64,000 bases of DNA, from NCBI GenBank assembly GCA_002633005.1, contig NMRA01000112.1, positions 626,659 to 690,658 on the forward strand, read 5' to 3'. Positions 41,601-52,400 of the stretch are shown here, piece by piece (position 1 is the stretch's first letter; every line of letters starts with the position of its first letter). The notes under the pieces are model-generated. The model had not been told where the DNA came from. It worked only from the letters and a program-made list of their open reading frames with translations, and ran no database searches. A program made the position numbers and the translations under genes. Origin of the DNA: Phoronis australis (lineage: Eukaryota > Animalia > Phoronida).

Positions 41601-41724
41601 GAGTCTGCCGGCTTGTGATGATTTTATAAATAAGATAACAACATATTGCAATTAGTATAACGTTAAGTGGACTGGTAAAAAGTTCTGTGGCAAGAGTCCA
41701 CAAAGGAGAAACACTGTCCGCCAT
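26675..41724 (-). CDS. PGRMC1: Membrane-associated progesterone receptor component (MAPR/PGRMC family, cytochrome b5-like heme/steroid-binding), 3 exons: 41724-41436, 30852-30697, 26802-26675 (190 aa)
   Basis: N-terminal TM helix ([19 protein letters not shown]), [89 protein letters not shown]. Both introns are GT-AG, phase 1. Probably co-orthologous to vertebrate PGRMC1/2. Confidence 0.95.
26900..27291. mobile_element. PIF/Harbinger-type MITE in PGRMC intron 2
   Basis: Imperfect TIRs TGCCCAGTTGCATGAAACAGTCC...GGATTGTTTTATGCAATAGAGCA, subterminal TTCCCTAAATC/GATTTAGGGAA, and a CTG target duplication. Confidence 0.7.
28946..30340. mobile_element. Non-autonomous DNA transposon with CAC...GTG termini (Transib/Chapaev-like)
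   Basis: TIRs CACGCGTGAGAAAC / GTTTCTCACCCGTG and long subterminal inverted repeats (about 29025-29085 vs 30203-30262). Flanks ACGAC / AAGAC are a possible 5-bp TSD with one mismatch. Confidence 0.65.
30677..30690 (-). promoter_or_regulatory. CTCF-consensus-like site next to the PGRMC exon 2 donor
   Basis: CCACTAGGTGGCGT matches the CCASYAGRKGGCR core. Motif match only. Confidence 0.3.
33865..34180 (+). pseudogene. DNA-transposon remnant with a decayed THAP-like N terminus (ISL2EU/Harbinger/P-like)
   Basis: [13 protein letters not shown]...HGLKYFASP resembles the THAP start (MPxxCCxxGCxN...FxFP). No downstream transposase is visible. Confidence 0.4.
34189..35049. repeat. About 367-bp duplication across the N at 34681
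   Basis: 34189-34555 vs 34682-35049. Copy 1 continues into unrelated sequence 34556-34680. Confidence 0.9.
35203..35248. repeat. (TG)n microsatellite
   Basis: TGTGCGTGTG... run. Confidence 0.9.
35574..35677. mobile_element. About 100-bp foldback mini-element
   Basis: Near-perfect arms of about 40 bp: AATGGTCTGATATAACATGGCCGAATTTTGAGAACCAGTTT / AAACTGGTTCTCAAAATGCGGGCACGTTATATCAGACTATT. Confidence 0.7.
36612..37627. mobile_element. Degenerate pogo/Tigger-like non-autonomous element
   Basis: The right end GGGCATTAACCCGTGAGTTTACGGTA is loosely complementary to the left CAGCGGAAACGCTTGGGTTAACGCC. Internal GTAATCGCCCA repeats are present. Confidence 0.4.
38761..38871. repeat. About 57-bp tandem duplication
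   Basis: AGGAACTGCT..AGTACT..CTTATGTCCAAGTATGTGTA...TATACCTAAG occurs twice. Confidence 0.8.
40725..40843. mobile_element. Small foldback MITE remnant
   Basis: AAAAGAGGAGTAAA...TTTACTCCACTTTT with inner arms ATGGCTACCGGGAATCAGTTCCACTGA / TCAGTGAAAACTGGTTCTGGGGAGCCAT. Confidence 0.5.
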
Positions 41725-43698
41725 ACTTATTTGAATGGTGTCAATGACCTTGACATTACTTTTAACAAAAGGGATCGGTTATGTTCCCGCAGAGAGTCGC
41801 GCCAAAATTATAGATCAACAAAGCATACCATGTCTATATTTTCCATCTCTATTCAGTCTATAAGTGTCTCCATTATAATGGGTATAGCTGAAGGAATGTG
41901 TTGTAAACGGCTGTTAGACTCTCTTCCGGATTCTCCCAAGTTATAGGACGGGCCGTAGTGCCACGACATGTTCCGTTATTACCCGGAATATCACGAATAA
42001 TTATCAGAACATAGTCTTACCGTAAATTTCCAAAAATAGGCCCATGGGCATGTAATATCAAAAAGACATTTCAAAAGCATCAGATGAAACCAAATATACG
42101 CCTGGACGTATTTTCGGAAAAAGGGCGTATTGTCGGACAATGTTTCAAGCATTTTACGGTGCAGTTTTAAACCAAGTAAACATTTATTTTTCACCCACGA
42201 TTGTTTTCGTCAAAGTTTAGTTCCCAACAAAGTCACCTCATCTCGTTAGAAATGAGAGTCATTTGAAGGAAATCGTCATCCCAAAACATAATGTCTTTCC
42301 AAAATAACTTATTTCAAAACACATTACCGATACGCATCGGCTTAATCCATCAGATTTTCGAAACGTGCTAAAAACATGAAAATACGCTTACGGGAGCGCT
42401 TACAGAAAATTTTGCGAAAACGGTCTCATGAGCGTACTTTTGTGTGGAGCTTTTTTCGAAAACTCCCGGTGTAGACCACATGATACGTTTTTTTAAAACA
42501 CTTAAAATGCAAAGAGTATAAAGACCACGGTCTTGTACTCAAGTGTTTGGTCAAACCGTTATTTCAGACTAGAACAGTTTTCGGGATTTTTTTGTTTTTG
42601 CCAATCACCACAACTAAAATGTAAAGTAATGTCTAAGATTATGATAAAAAATTGATTGATTATTGGCATTATAGAAATATTAATTGAATAATACAACAAA
42701 AAAAAATTTCCTCGTCAGGCCAGAATGCAACTGACCCCGTCAGACTATCACCATGCCCTTACATTCCAGTATAAGACAGTATATACTTAAGGCCGCATGG
42801 CCTTATATGTTCCGAGTAATACGGTAGGCTAACTGTTGGAATCTTCGCCGGGATTTTCTGCTTCTTCTAGAAAGTTATTCTCACCCTGTTAAAGACCAGG
42901 AAGTATTGGCGTCTAGCTTTATTTCTAGTCATCCAAGCTTACCGCGAAAAGGTCTATAGCTTTCTGTTTCATCAAGAAGGCCAGCTTTACCGAAACGCCT
43001 TCCTGGTTTCATGCGGAATCAATTATGTAAATAGTTGATACTTGAATATTTACGCATTAGAAACCTGATACTTCATGAATGGAGTCCGCTGTCGTCACGA
43101 AAGGGCTCTTCATCAGCCGGAAATCTGATCTGAAGCCCTATGTAACTATATATGTAATGCAGTAGAGCAACAACCGCACTAGCGACGGCTTTACGGCAAT
43201 TAATAAAACACAGGCTAAGATAAATTAATATATCATGGACTAAAACTCTTAATTTTTCTATCTGTGTTACTTATGAAATTTAATTCCTCGTAAGAAGTTG
43301 CAGTAGCATCATATTTACCTGAAGAAATGCGTTAAAAGTCAATCAAAATAGATGCGTGAGGTTTCGGTTCTCACAGCGGTATATTGTTGATGAATGGTTT
43401 TAATGGATAACTGATTTGCCAGTCGTGATGCGGACAACGCACGACGGCTTTTGATTATCAAGAAAATTTGTCGACAAGCTAAGCGGCAAATATTTGTGTT
43501 GTTTTTGACGAAGTAATACACTGTTCTCATGCATTCCATATTGCTGTTTTTATTTGTATGCTCCCAACTATGCTAGTGTATAAAAGGAACTAAACTAAAA
43601 TGTTATTTGGACATCATCTACGCTAAACAAAGTGCAGTTCTATTCATTATCAGCCTGTTAATATGAAAACAAAAAAATCTGTAAATAGATGACCTCTG

Positions 43699-43871
43699 CA
43701 CTAATGACGTGCCTTGGGGGCTCATATAACCCCCATCATGCAGCGTTATTCTCCAACACCACGTCACGATACTTATTGGACGCGGTTGAGTGATTTACGG
43801 CAGACCATCTTCAACATAAAACTCGTTCTTAAAAACATTTGGCAATTTTCAACCTACTTCATATTCACATC
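43699..43871 (+). repeat. Dispersed repeat, diverged copy of about 7940-8112
   Basis: Shared CACTAATGA, ACGATACTTA.TGGAC, AGTGATTT.CGGCAGA, AAAACTC.TTCTTAAAA, CATTTGGCAATTTTC and CATATTCACATC in the same order. Confidence 0.75.
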
Positions 43872-44129
43872 GTCGCTATACGTTAACTAATTCCACAAAC
43901 ACAGAGATAAGGGATTAGCGTGCAAGTTCCATTTTAAGTGACTTACGAAGGTCTGTGAGGTTCGAGAGCTATGGATTCCTTCCCAGTACCATTCTTAAAG
44001 GAATTATTGATTCGTTAATTTATTTGTTAGTTTCTTGAATATTGTCAGAAATAAAAAAAAAATCAAATAAATAAAAGAATAACATTCCTTAGTAATTGGC
44101 TTCAATCAAAATAAAATTACCTGAAACAC

Positions 44130-47100
44130 TGTTGTTGTGTGCTGTTTCTCCAAGTGCTGTCATCAGCTAGAATGCATCCTCATCGATAATTTCGACCCCT
44201 AATCTAGAATCATCTCGGATGCCGGGTCCCCGAAGTTGATCAGGCTTCGGTTATCACTTGGAGTGCCACCTGTTGTCTCGCTGTAACCATAACCACGACG
44301 ACGCCTCTTCAGCAGATCTCATCACTGACTGCACCAAATTCTTCCTCGACACTGTGCTGATACCTAGGAACTTCATCAACCTCCACATGCTGCTCCCGAT
44401 CAAACCCCTACATCCTACTTCGACTGGCATACAAAAACACTTCCAATCAGCTACTGAACAATCATGGGAAAGTTCTGCATACTTAAGCATTTTCCTCTCG
44501 TTGGCCTCTAACATTCGGGATTCCCATGGTACTGTAAGTTCTACTATGATGACCGTCTTTGTACCATCTGACCATAATACCAAGTCAGGCCGGAGTGTCG
44601 TCTTCACTATATGGCTCGGGAATACTGCCAACGGCCCTACATCCACTATCATCTTCCAATCACTCGCTGTAGTCAACACACCTGCATCTTTCCTCCTCCC
44701 CAATGCACCTTCTCTGCAAAATGATATTAGTGGGCTTTCGGTGTTGCTAACCACCTTCCTTCTTTCTAAATCCAAAATATGCGCAATCACCTTGAGAATC
44801 TTGTCATATCTCCTCTTGTATTTGCCTTCTGCCAAAGCCGACTTACAGGATGACAAAACGTGATGTAAAGTGCAGCGCTCCCCACAACTGCTGCAAGAAT
44901 CGTCTTCTATCCTTCCCCATAACTTCAGGTTTGTCGGACTAGGGAGTACGTCATGCACAGAACGCAGGATAAAACTTAATCTGTTCTGGTCACATGAAAT
45001 CAGGTCGTTCGCTGTAAAGCACCTACTGTGAACCCCCTCCCATGCTGTCCAGGAGCCCTGCTTTCTCAAACCAACAGCATGAGAAAAGCGCTTCTCCTCT
45101 TCCTGATGACGTACTTCGTCTTACACCCTAGAACCACGCTCTTTCCCTCTAGCTGTCTTCCACCTCTTAAACGGTTTCATGCCAAGGCCTTCACGTCCTC
45201 TAGAAACTGCCCCTACTAAGTCTTTATGGTGAAGCCTGCTCTCTGCTGATGCTACTTCCTCCTCTGGACTCCACTTCCTTTCCGCAAAAACGTCAATCTT
45301 TACACCACTGATATCATCATCTTTCGAGTCCCTCAGAGTCAGGAAAATCCTGCACTAAACGACTTTAAACTCTTCCACAATAGATCGTATAGGTAGGTTT
45401 ACTGCTGAAGACCTCATGTACAGGCTCAACCTGGTGAAACTTGGCGGGATGCCTAACCCCTTGCGCAACCAGCGGCTAACCAAGCGCTCCATCCTCTCCG
45501 CTGCTGTCATAGGTAGATCGTACACTGTCAAAGGCCACATGGACTTTGGGAATAGACCAAACTGGTAACACCACACCTTAAAGCGGCCAGGTAGTCCACA
45601 CTTATCGATCTTCTGAAGATTTTCCTGTAAACTTTTCAGCGCTGCTTTTACATGATCTCCATCCTTCAATGTGCTGTCATACTCTTTCCCCAGATACTTC
45701 ACTGACTTGTCAGACACCGAAGGTATCACATCTTCATCCACCAAGCGAAATGTGGGTTAATCTTCCATCGAACCAGCACTAAACTCCTTGATTTTGCTAC
45801 TTTGAACTCCATACGAGCTCACCTGGCTAGATCACCCAAGGCTTTTAGAATCCGGCCTGCCCCTAATGCCGACTGAGTTGTAACAGTGAGATCATCCACA
45901 TATGCTAGACAACTTGGTAGACGCTTGTTCTGCAACAAAGGTCCCCTCCACTTCTTGGATGCTCGCTTAATCATAACATTCATGGCCATCACAAACAGAA
46001 TTATAGAAATTGTGCACCCAGTAATGATCCCCTTCTGCAAAGGTTGCCACTCCGTTGTAATACCATTAACTGAGAATCTCATTCTTGCTCCCGTGAAGTA
46101 TTTGCTGATGAGAGAACGCAGATCTTCCGGCAAATGATACATACACATCGCCTTCTCTATAAGCTTGTGTGGCATCCACCCATAAGCATTGGCCATGTCA
46201 AGCCATACCACAGACAGGTCTTTCTTCAATTTCTTTGCATCCTTGATTAACTCTGTGATCACGCAATTGTGTTCTAAACAGCCAGAATGGCCGGGAATGC
46301 CTCCCTTCTACACGGATGGGTTGATGTAACTGTTCTCCAACAAATATGTCGTTAGCCTGTCTGCCAGCACAGCGAAAAAGACTTTCCCCTCCACATCCAA
46401 TAACGAGATAGGACGGAAGTCACCAATCTTCACAGAGCCTTTGCCTTTCGGAATGTACACCCCTTCCGCCTTTCCCCATCTCCAAGGCAACTCCTTCGAG
46501 CGCCAAATCATTCTCAACAGCTTCCAAAGGCAGTGTAATAACCTTGGACACTTCTTATAAACTATATAAGGTAGCCCGGATGGGCCTGGAGCTGATCCCG
46601 ACTTGGCGTTCATGACCACCTTCCTGACATCACAGAACTTAAAATCGCCAACCTCTAAAGGTACACTCGGAAATTCTTCTTTATCCATCCAGTCAAAATC
46701 TTCCAAATGTTCCTCGCACCGACTGCCACTATGAACCTCCTCCAGATGTCTTTCCAGCTCGTCCTTTGAGCATCTGAGCTGCCCACTTGTCTCTTTCCCA
46801 AAAAGCTCCTTCGTGAACTTGTATGGATTGGAGCGAAATCTCTTTCTCTTCCGAATCTTCTCGGGCTTCCTCTTTCTAAGCTGCTCTGCCTTGCACAAAG
46901 ATAAAAGTTTACACCTCAGGTCCTGTCTTAAATGGGTTAAGCCTCTCCTTTCATGACCCTCAGCTCTCTTCCACTGCCTCTCAAGGTCCCTCAACTCCAC
47001 CCGGATCTCCTTGATCTCCCTCTGTCTTCTGCTAGGCCCTTGCGCGGTTGGATTTTTTCTCTTCGCCGCCACGCCAAATCGATCTTTGCAAACTGTATAG

Positions 47101-47570
47101 ACCAGCTCAGTCATGGTGATCAGTTTCTTCTGCGCAGTACCCTTTAAATTCGCCTCTAGAATGCCATCAAGATCCTCATCCAGAAGACTCCAGGCCTTTG
47201 AGTCATTGCCTATCTGCCAAGTAATCCGCTCCTTCCTTGCCACCTGAAATAGTGCTTCAGCTCTTCGCCTCGGAATGCTGTCTGAATCCCGGACCTCACA
47301 TGTTTCCGTGAGCAACTGTGACATGGAAAGCAACACAAACTCTGAGTCCTGCTCTTCCCTGTCATATGTAAATACTTCAATACTGTCCCTGTCCAACGTA
47401 TCTGAGTCTGGTACCGTGCCGTCGTGTTCAACCTCTGATGCAGCGGACGCACTTGCTTCCCCCATTGCTCCATGGGCTTTGAAGATCAACGCTCTGTGGG
47501 TTTTACCCTGGCTATCCTCTTCAGTCGTCTTACTAGGAGTACTAGTAGTACCACCTAAGCGTTGCTGTTA
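44130..47570 (-). mobile_element. 5'-truncated, pseudogenised non-LTR retrotransposon with RT and restriction-like endonuclease (HERO-like clade)
   Basis: ORF pieces 46308-47489, 45819-46262, 45355-45744 and 44254-45069 join through stops and frameshifts. They contain SAPGPSG, FRPISLL, WLDMANAYG, YVDDL (RT), CxxC..HxLxxC knuckle, RPDLVLW...IVELTVPWE...KY and VEVGCRG (RLE). No N-terminal zinc finger remains. Confidence 0.92.
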
Positions 47571-48974
47571 TAACATCATAATCGACTTACAGAGTACGTT
47601 TTTAATTCCCACCGCATCCCACCATACAAAAAGATTGTAACTTACCCTTAGTAAAATTTCTTGAGAACTCTTGCCACAGCAGAAAGAATCACTTATGTGG
47701 TATTACTTTGTTTATTTCCTTCAGTCGTCCCCTCCGCGTAGCTCTAGCCAGGTCGGGCATAGAACTAAGTAGTGTACTACACTCCTTCATTGATAGAACT
47801 GCCTAGAGTTCGACTACAGGTCGGACCTTGCACATCTTTATTTCGTTGCACACACACACGTGTATATTCATCATTTCTTCTCTTGTTCACTGTTTATTTG
47901 TTTCAGCTTCAACACTCAGGTGTGATAAGTGAATCCTAACTACTTTTGAACAAATACGTGGGAATTGCTGGCACTATCACGGGAGTGAACACCGTTGCCA
48001 CTCCCCACATGATGTTGTATCGGCGCACTGCAGTGTCTTTTACTTATGAAAAAAATATTCTTGATAAGTGTACTTGAGGGTGGATTTAGTGACTTCAGGT
48101 TCGGTGTTAAGTTTCTTTGTGCGTGATAAGTGTTTTGGAAAAGTGAACTGGTACGCACTCCCCCTTCCGTGGTTAGGATTGCGCTCGGGAGTAACTTCTC
48201 GTTCAGTTACTACCGTTCGTCAGTTTATTTCGTAAGTTTTAGTAATTGTACTCTTCAACACTTGTAACGTAGCATCACAGTTTTATAAATTTCAGTCCGT
48301 CTAGAACGTAAGATATCTGCATGCGCACACCCAGCCTTTAATGTGGGGGGCTCGAATTTCTGGCGATTTGGACATTTTTGACAAGTAAGCGGGAGGACTA
48401 AAAAAAGGAGGTACCACCGTCACTGTGCGTCTGTGCCCTTTCAGTGGACTTTTGTATCGTTTTCGGACTTTTTGTTTCTCTGAGGCGGATCTTTTTTTTC
48501 CACTTCGTCCCTGGGTGTGCGCATGATCTGTCCATCTTCTCATTTATTTGTAATGCACCTAACTATTCCAGCGCATTACAAATGATGGCACCACTTGGTA
48601 TGATATTTTTACAAGGCAAAATTTGACAAGGTGTTGCTCTGAAGGTTGTATGTGTAGCCTACACACGCTACAGGTTGCAATTCTTTTTCAATCGAAAAGA
48701 AATTCGCACAGCATTTTACTGTGAAAGTTGTGAAATTTTTAGTCTTTTGATTTTAGTTACATTGTAAAATCGGACACAAGAATAGCATTTCGATGGCCAT
48801 TTTCGTTGCGGAAATGTAGTTCCGTGGTCTTTCAGGGATTCTTTTAAAATATTGACAGATCTATGCTGATAGATCTCGTGAGACGGTAGAAGTGTTGGAG
48901 TTGTCATCAGTTCTGGAGTTGTTGTCTTCGTCTTTATCTAATTAAGTTATTGTCATTACGTGATACGTTGTCAG

Positions 48975-49125
48975 GTGTGTAGTTGACGGCGTCATGGGCG
49001 ATGTTGTCGGTCACATTGTCGTGTGGTTGACAGCGTCATGGGCGATAATGTTGGTCGTCTTCGAGGCCGTTCTATGCATCGTCGCTGGCGTCATGGGCGT
49101 TGTTGCCATTGTGGTCGTCTTCAAC
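48975..49125. repeat. Degenerate GC-rich minisatellite
   Basis: Three GCGTCATGGGCG units with GTTGAC/TGGTCGTCTTC flanks. Confidence 0.65.
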
Positions 49126-49433
49126 TTTTCTCTCGATTATACGTCAAAACGCTTTTGTTTTCTTTTTTCGTTTGTCCCATGAACAGTTTTCCCGATAAGT
49201 TTAACCGTAAAATAACAACATTTTTTCGATAAAACCATTGATTTCTTAAGTACACATAGAGTACCGGTACTGTAAAATATTTCACGAAAATAAAATAAGA
49301 TATAAAAACGCACATTTAATCCCCAGCAATAGAAATAAAGATAAAAAACATAAACTCTAGGTTTATATTGGTCAGTGCACTGTCATGTCGTGGTCTCCAG
49401 TCTCGACCCATTACATTGGAAATTTCACAGTGC

Positions 49434-52400
49434 CTAGCACTTAAACATGCTTTTTATCTTCAGAAAATCTCCTTCGCTCATTTGGCCGTTAACGGGTCCA
49501 AGTTTTCCTCCGTCCTTGGCTTCCATTGTCGGCTGCCCGTTTTTGCTCCACGTTTCCGCCGTGTATTGCATCACACTCTGCTTGTCGTACGGCAAGCCGA
49601 ATGTTTCACCATCCCGCACGTTGAACTGGTGCATGTAAGCTGGAAAAGTACAGTGGCAGTCAGTCAAAATCCACTATTCTGAATCGCAATGAAGCCGTTT
49701 AGAGCAAAAACTGGTGTATTTGGTTAGACACAATGTGAGACACAAGCGTGGGACATATCTATAACACCAGCTAACGATATTACGAACGTACTGAGAGCTA
49801 GCGAAGATTTCCGTGGTAATGGATTTTCAAGAATGTTTTGCGTCAACTGTACGCAACTCAGCCCTGAACTCTTTCCGTCAAACTTGATAATCAGTCGAGC
49901 TCGACTAGGATGGCAAAACAAACCACGACCATGGTATGTTATGTATTTTCTGTTTATACCGTTTTACGTACTTCTTTTCGAAAGTTTGCCCAGGATAAAA
50001 AGTGTTTTTTGCGAATATGAGGCTTGGAGCAATAAGCCTAAAATTCCCGTCCGCTTCAAGCAATCCGTTAAAAATGTCTAGTAGACATTTTTAAAGGATT
50101 GCTTTTAACAAGTTAGCATTCAACTGAAATTGAGGCCGCTAAAACTCAACACAGTTTGCAATTAGCCGTTATGAACCTCCTCTCTGACAAATTGAGGTAT
50201 AAGTGGTGTCGCAGAATGTGTTATTGTGTTTTGGCATCATTTTGGTTTAGTCGTCGTATGACATAACTTAATTTCTGTTGTTTACTACCACTTTCTTAGA
50301 GTAGGGGATTACTAATACTTCCTATTCCTAGAACTGTTTGTTTGTCAGCATAGTTCAACCTTTATTTGTTCTTCTTACTTGAATGGTGAATTCGAGTTTC
50401 TCTAGTCTCTATACCGTATTTATTACTTTCACAGGCAGTATTAGTAGTTGTTTTTCCGCATTCAGTTGAGAGTTGTTCTCCTCAGTAACGTTTGCAGTCT
50501 TCAATATACTGGCCAAGACTCATCCCTTGTTCTTTCCTACGAACCACCTCTGCGTACGTAGCCAAACCGCATTTTCCCCGTACACCATAAGCGGTCTAAA
50601 TCAAAAGTTAGTTTTTGACAGACTGGGTTCACTGTAGCAGACTGGTAAGACTGTAGCAAAATCTTCAAAATTGGATATTACTGGTAATATATATGAAGAG
50701 CACTGCTCGACGATCCCAAAATAAAAACGAAGCGGTAACAGAGCCACGAATAACACTGATGAGTTCCATTCTCACGACTCGATTTTTGTAACTGCAGAAA
50801 ATTTAAATCGAAATAACCATCAATCGTTGTGTGAAGCGCTGCGTTAACGAAGCAACTCCCAATCATATACGTTCAAGAAATTACAACACATTCGCAAAAC
50901 TCACGCCTCTCGATGTTCTGGTAATTGATGGTGATGTGGTTATTACGGTCAGGCCGTTGGTGCTCGTGATAGAACCCCATGACGTGCATAAGCTCGTGTG
51001 CCACCATTGGGTTAGGGTTGCTGCTGAAGCAGGCAGGACTGAGACTCAACGATGTGGCGCCACCTATGCGCCCGACGTGTGAATAGCATCTGGAACAGGA
51101 CAGCGTTCGTTCTATTAGCTTTTCAGCAGTTGCATTTTCAGGTGTCTATCATCATTCGAATCAATGATGAAATAACATTTACACAGTTCTCTTTGTCAGG
51201 ATATAATTCAATTTCCAGTATACTATGGTTTAATACCACGGTTCGGCCCTTTATCGGTGCCCAATAACTGAAGAAAATGGGGAGGGTCAGGTTCAGTGAC
51301 GTCAGTTTTGTGGACTTAATTTATGGGAGATGATTACTACGAATGGCATTCAGTAGTTCCCTGAATTTGATTTGAGTTGAATGAGTCCAGAAATTTTGCC
51401 TCTGTTCTTGTCTAGTCAGATACTGAAGTTCCGTCATTTTCAGAGCACAACCTTGTTCAGCGTTGAATTCTTGGCGCGAATCCAGTGGAAATTGTCAAAA
51501 ATTTGGTAGGTTGTGACATATTTTAACTTTAATTTCTGGAATTTAAAGTGAAAGAGCATTCGGATTATTGTTTCCTCTCTTGCAGGGGCAGTTGCAAATT
51601 TTAGGTATAAAAGGCCAACATGATTGCACTTTTTTGGTCATTTTTGGCACCTCAAATTTTCCTAAGGAGGTAGCAAGGTAAAAAGACATGGCTTTGCTGA
51701 ATTATTTATCTTTGAGAAACCCCACGGAATGTACATTCTGTCAGTTATGTCTTTTTAGGTGTCTTGAGGCAGCTGTGCAAACAAGGGGTTTCAATGACCC
51801 AGACCAGAACCAATGTCTGGTTGTATGGTGAAACCGCCATGAGGCAATGACGGAGTGTTCGTTATTCTAAGAGAACTGTGACACTGAAGATGGCTAGAGA
51901 AATGAGACCGAAACGTCGTGTCAATGTAAATAGACTTCACTACTTAATTAGACATGATGTCATTACCCGCTTGCAACTCGCTTGATATGAACGTAATCCT
52001 TTTGCCCGCTCCTTGGCAAAAACTTCACGCAGGTTCTGCTTTGGATGGTGGACATCACTTTTTGGATTTCTGCCTTCATGTTGGAATCTAAATAAACAGC
52101 GGTAATCAATTCGCCGTTTCATTTTCTTCCAGTGAAGTCTTTCCCTAGCAATATTTTCACTGAGATCTATTTCACCCATCGGTTGAGGCAAACAGTAAAA
52201 ATCAAGAAGAATATGATTGAGGGTCAAATCATGCGGCCAAAGTCTTCAGAAGGGTGGAAAATGTGGAAACCCTGCAGCAGAAAAAGAAGTGTATGCATGA
52301 CTTGGAAATTTTGGGAATATAATGTTTATAAACAATAGCTTCCTTTGCCTAGTTTATCTATCCCTAAGCGTTTGTGTCTGTAATTCTGGCTATAAAACTG

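Noticed and set aside
42965-43125. Partial hammerhead-like strings (CAAGAAGGCC...CCGAAACG; minus-strand CTGATGAAGAGCCC)
   Set aside because: Each lacks one core box or the closing stems.
44150-44200. GAAA...CUGAUGA read as a type II hammerhead
   Set aside because: No stem II or UH geometry. The k-turn/pseudoknot fold fits better.
44258-47640. Plus-strand ORFs over the retrotransposon
   Set aside because: Antisense shadows of the RT/RLE ORF.
47735-47830. tRNA-like A/B boxes (also near 1950-2005)
   Set aside because: No cloverleaf can be folded. At most these are decayed SINE heads.
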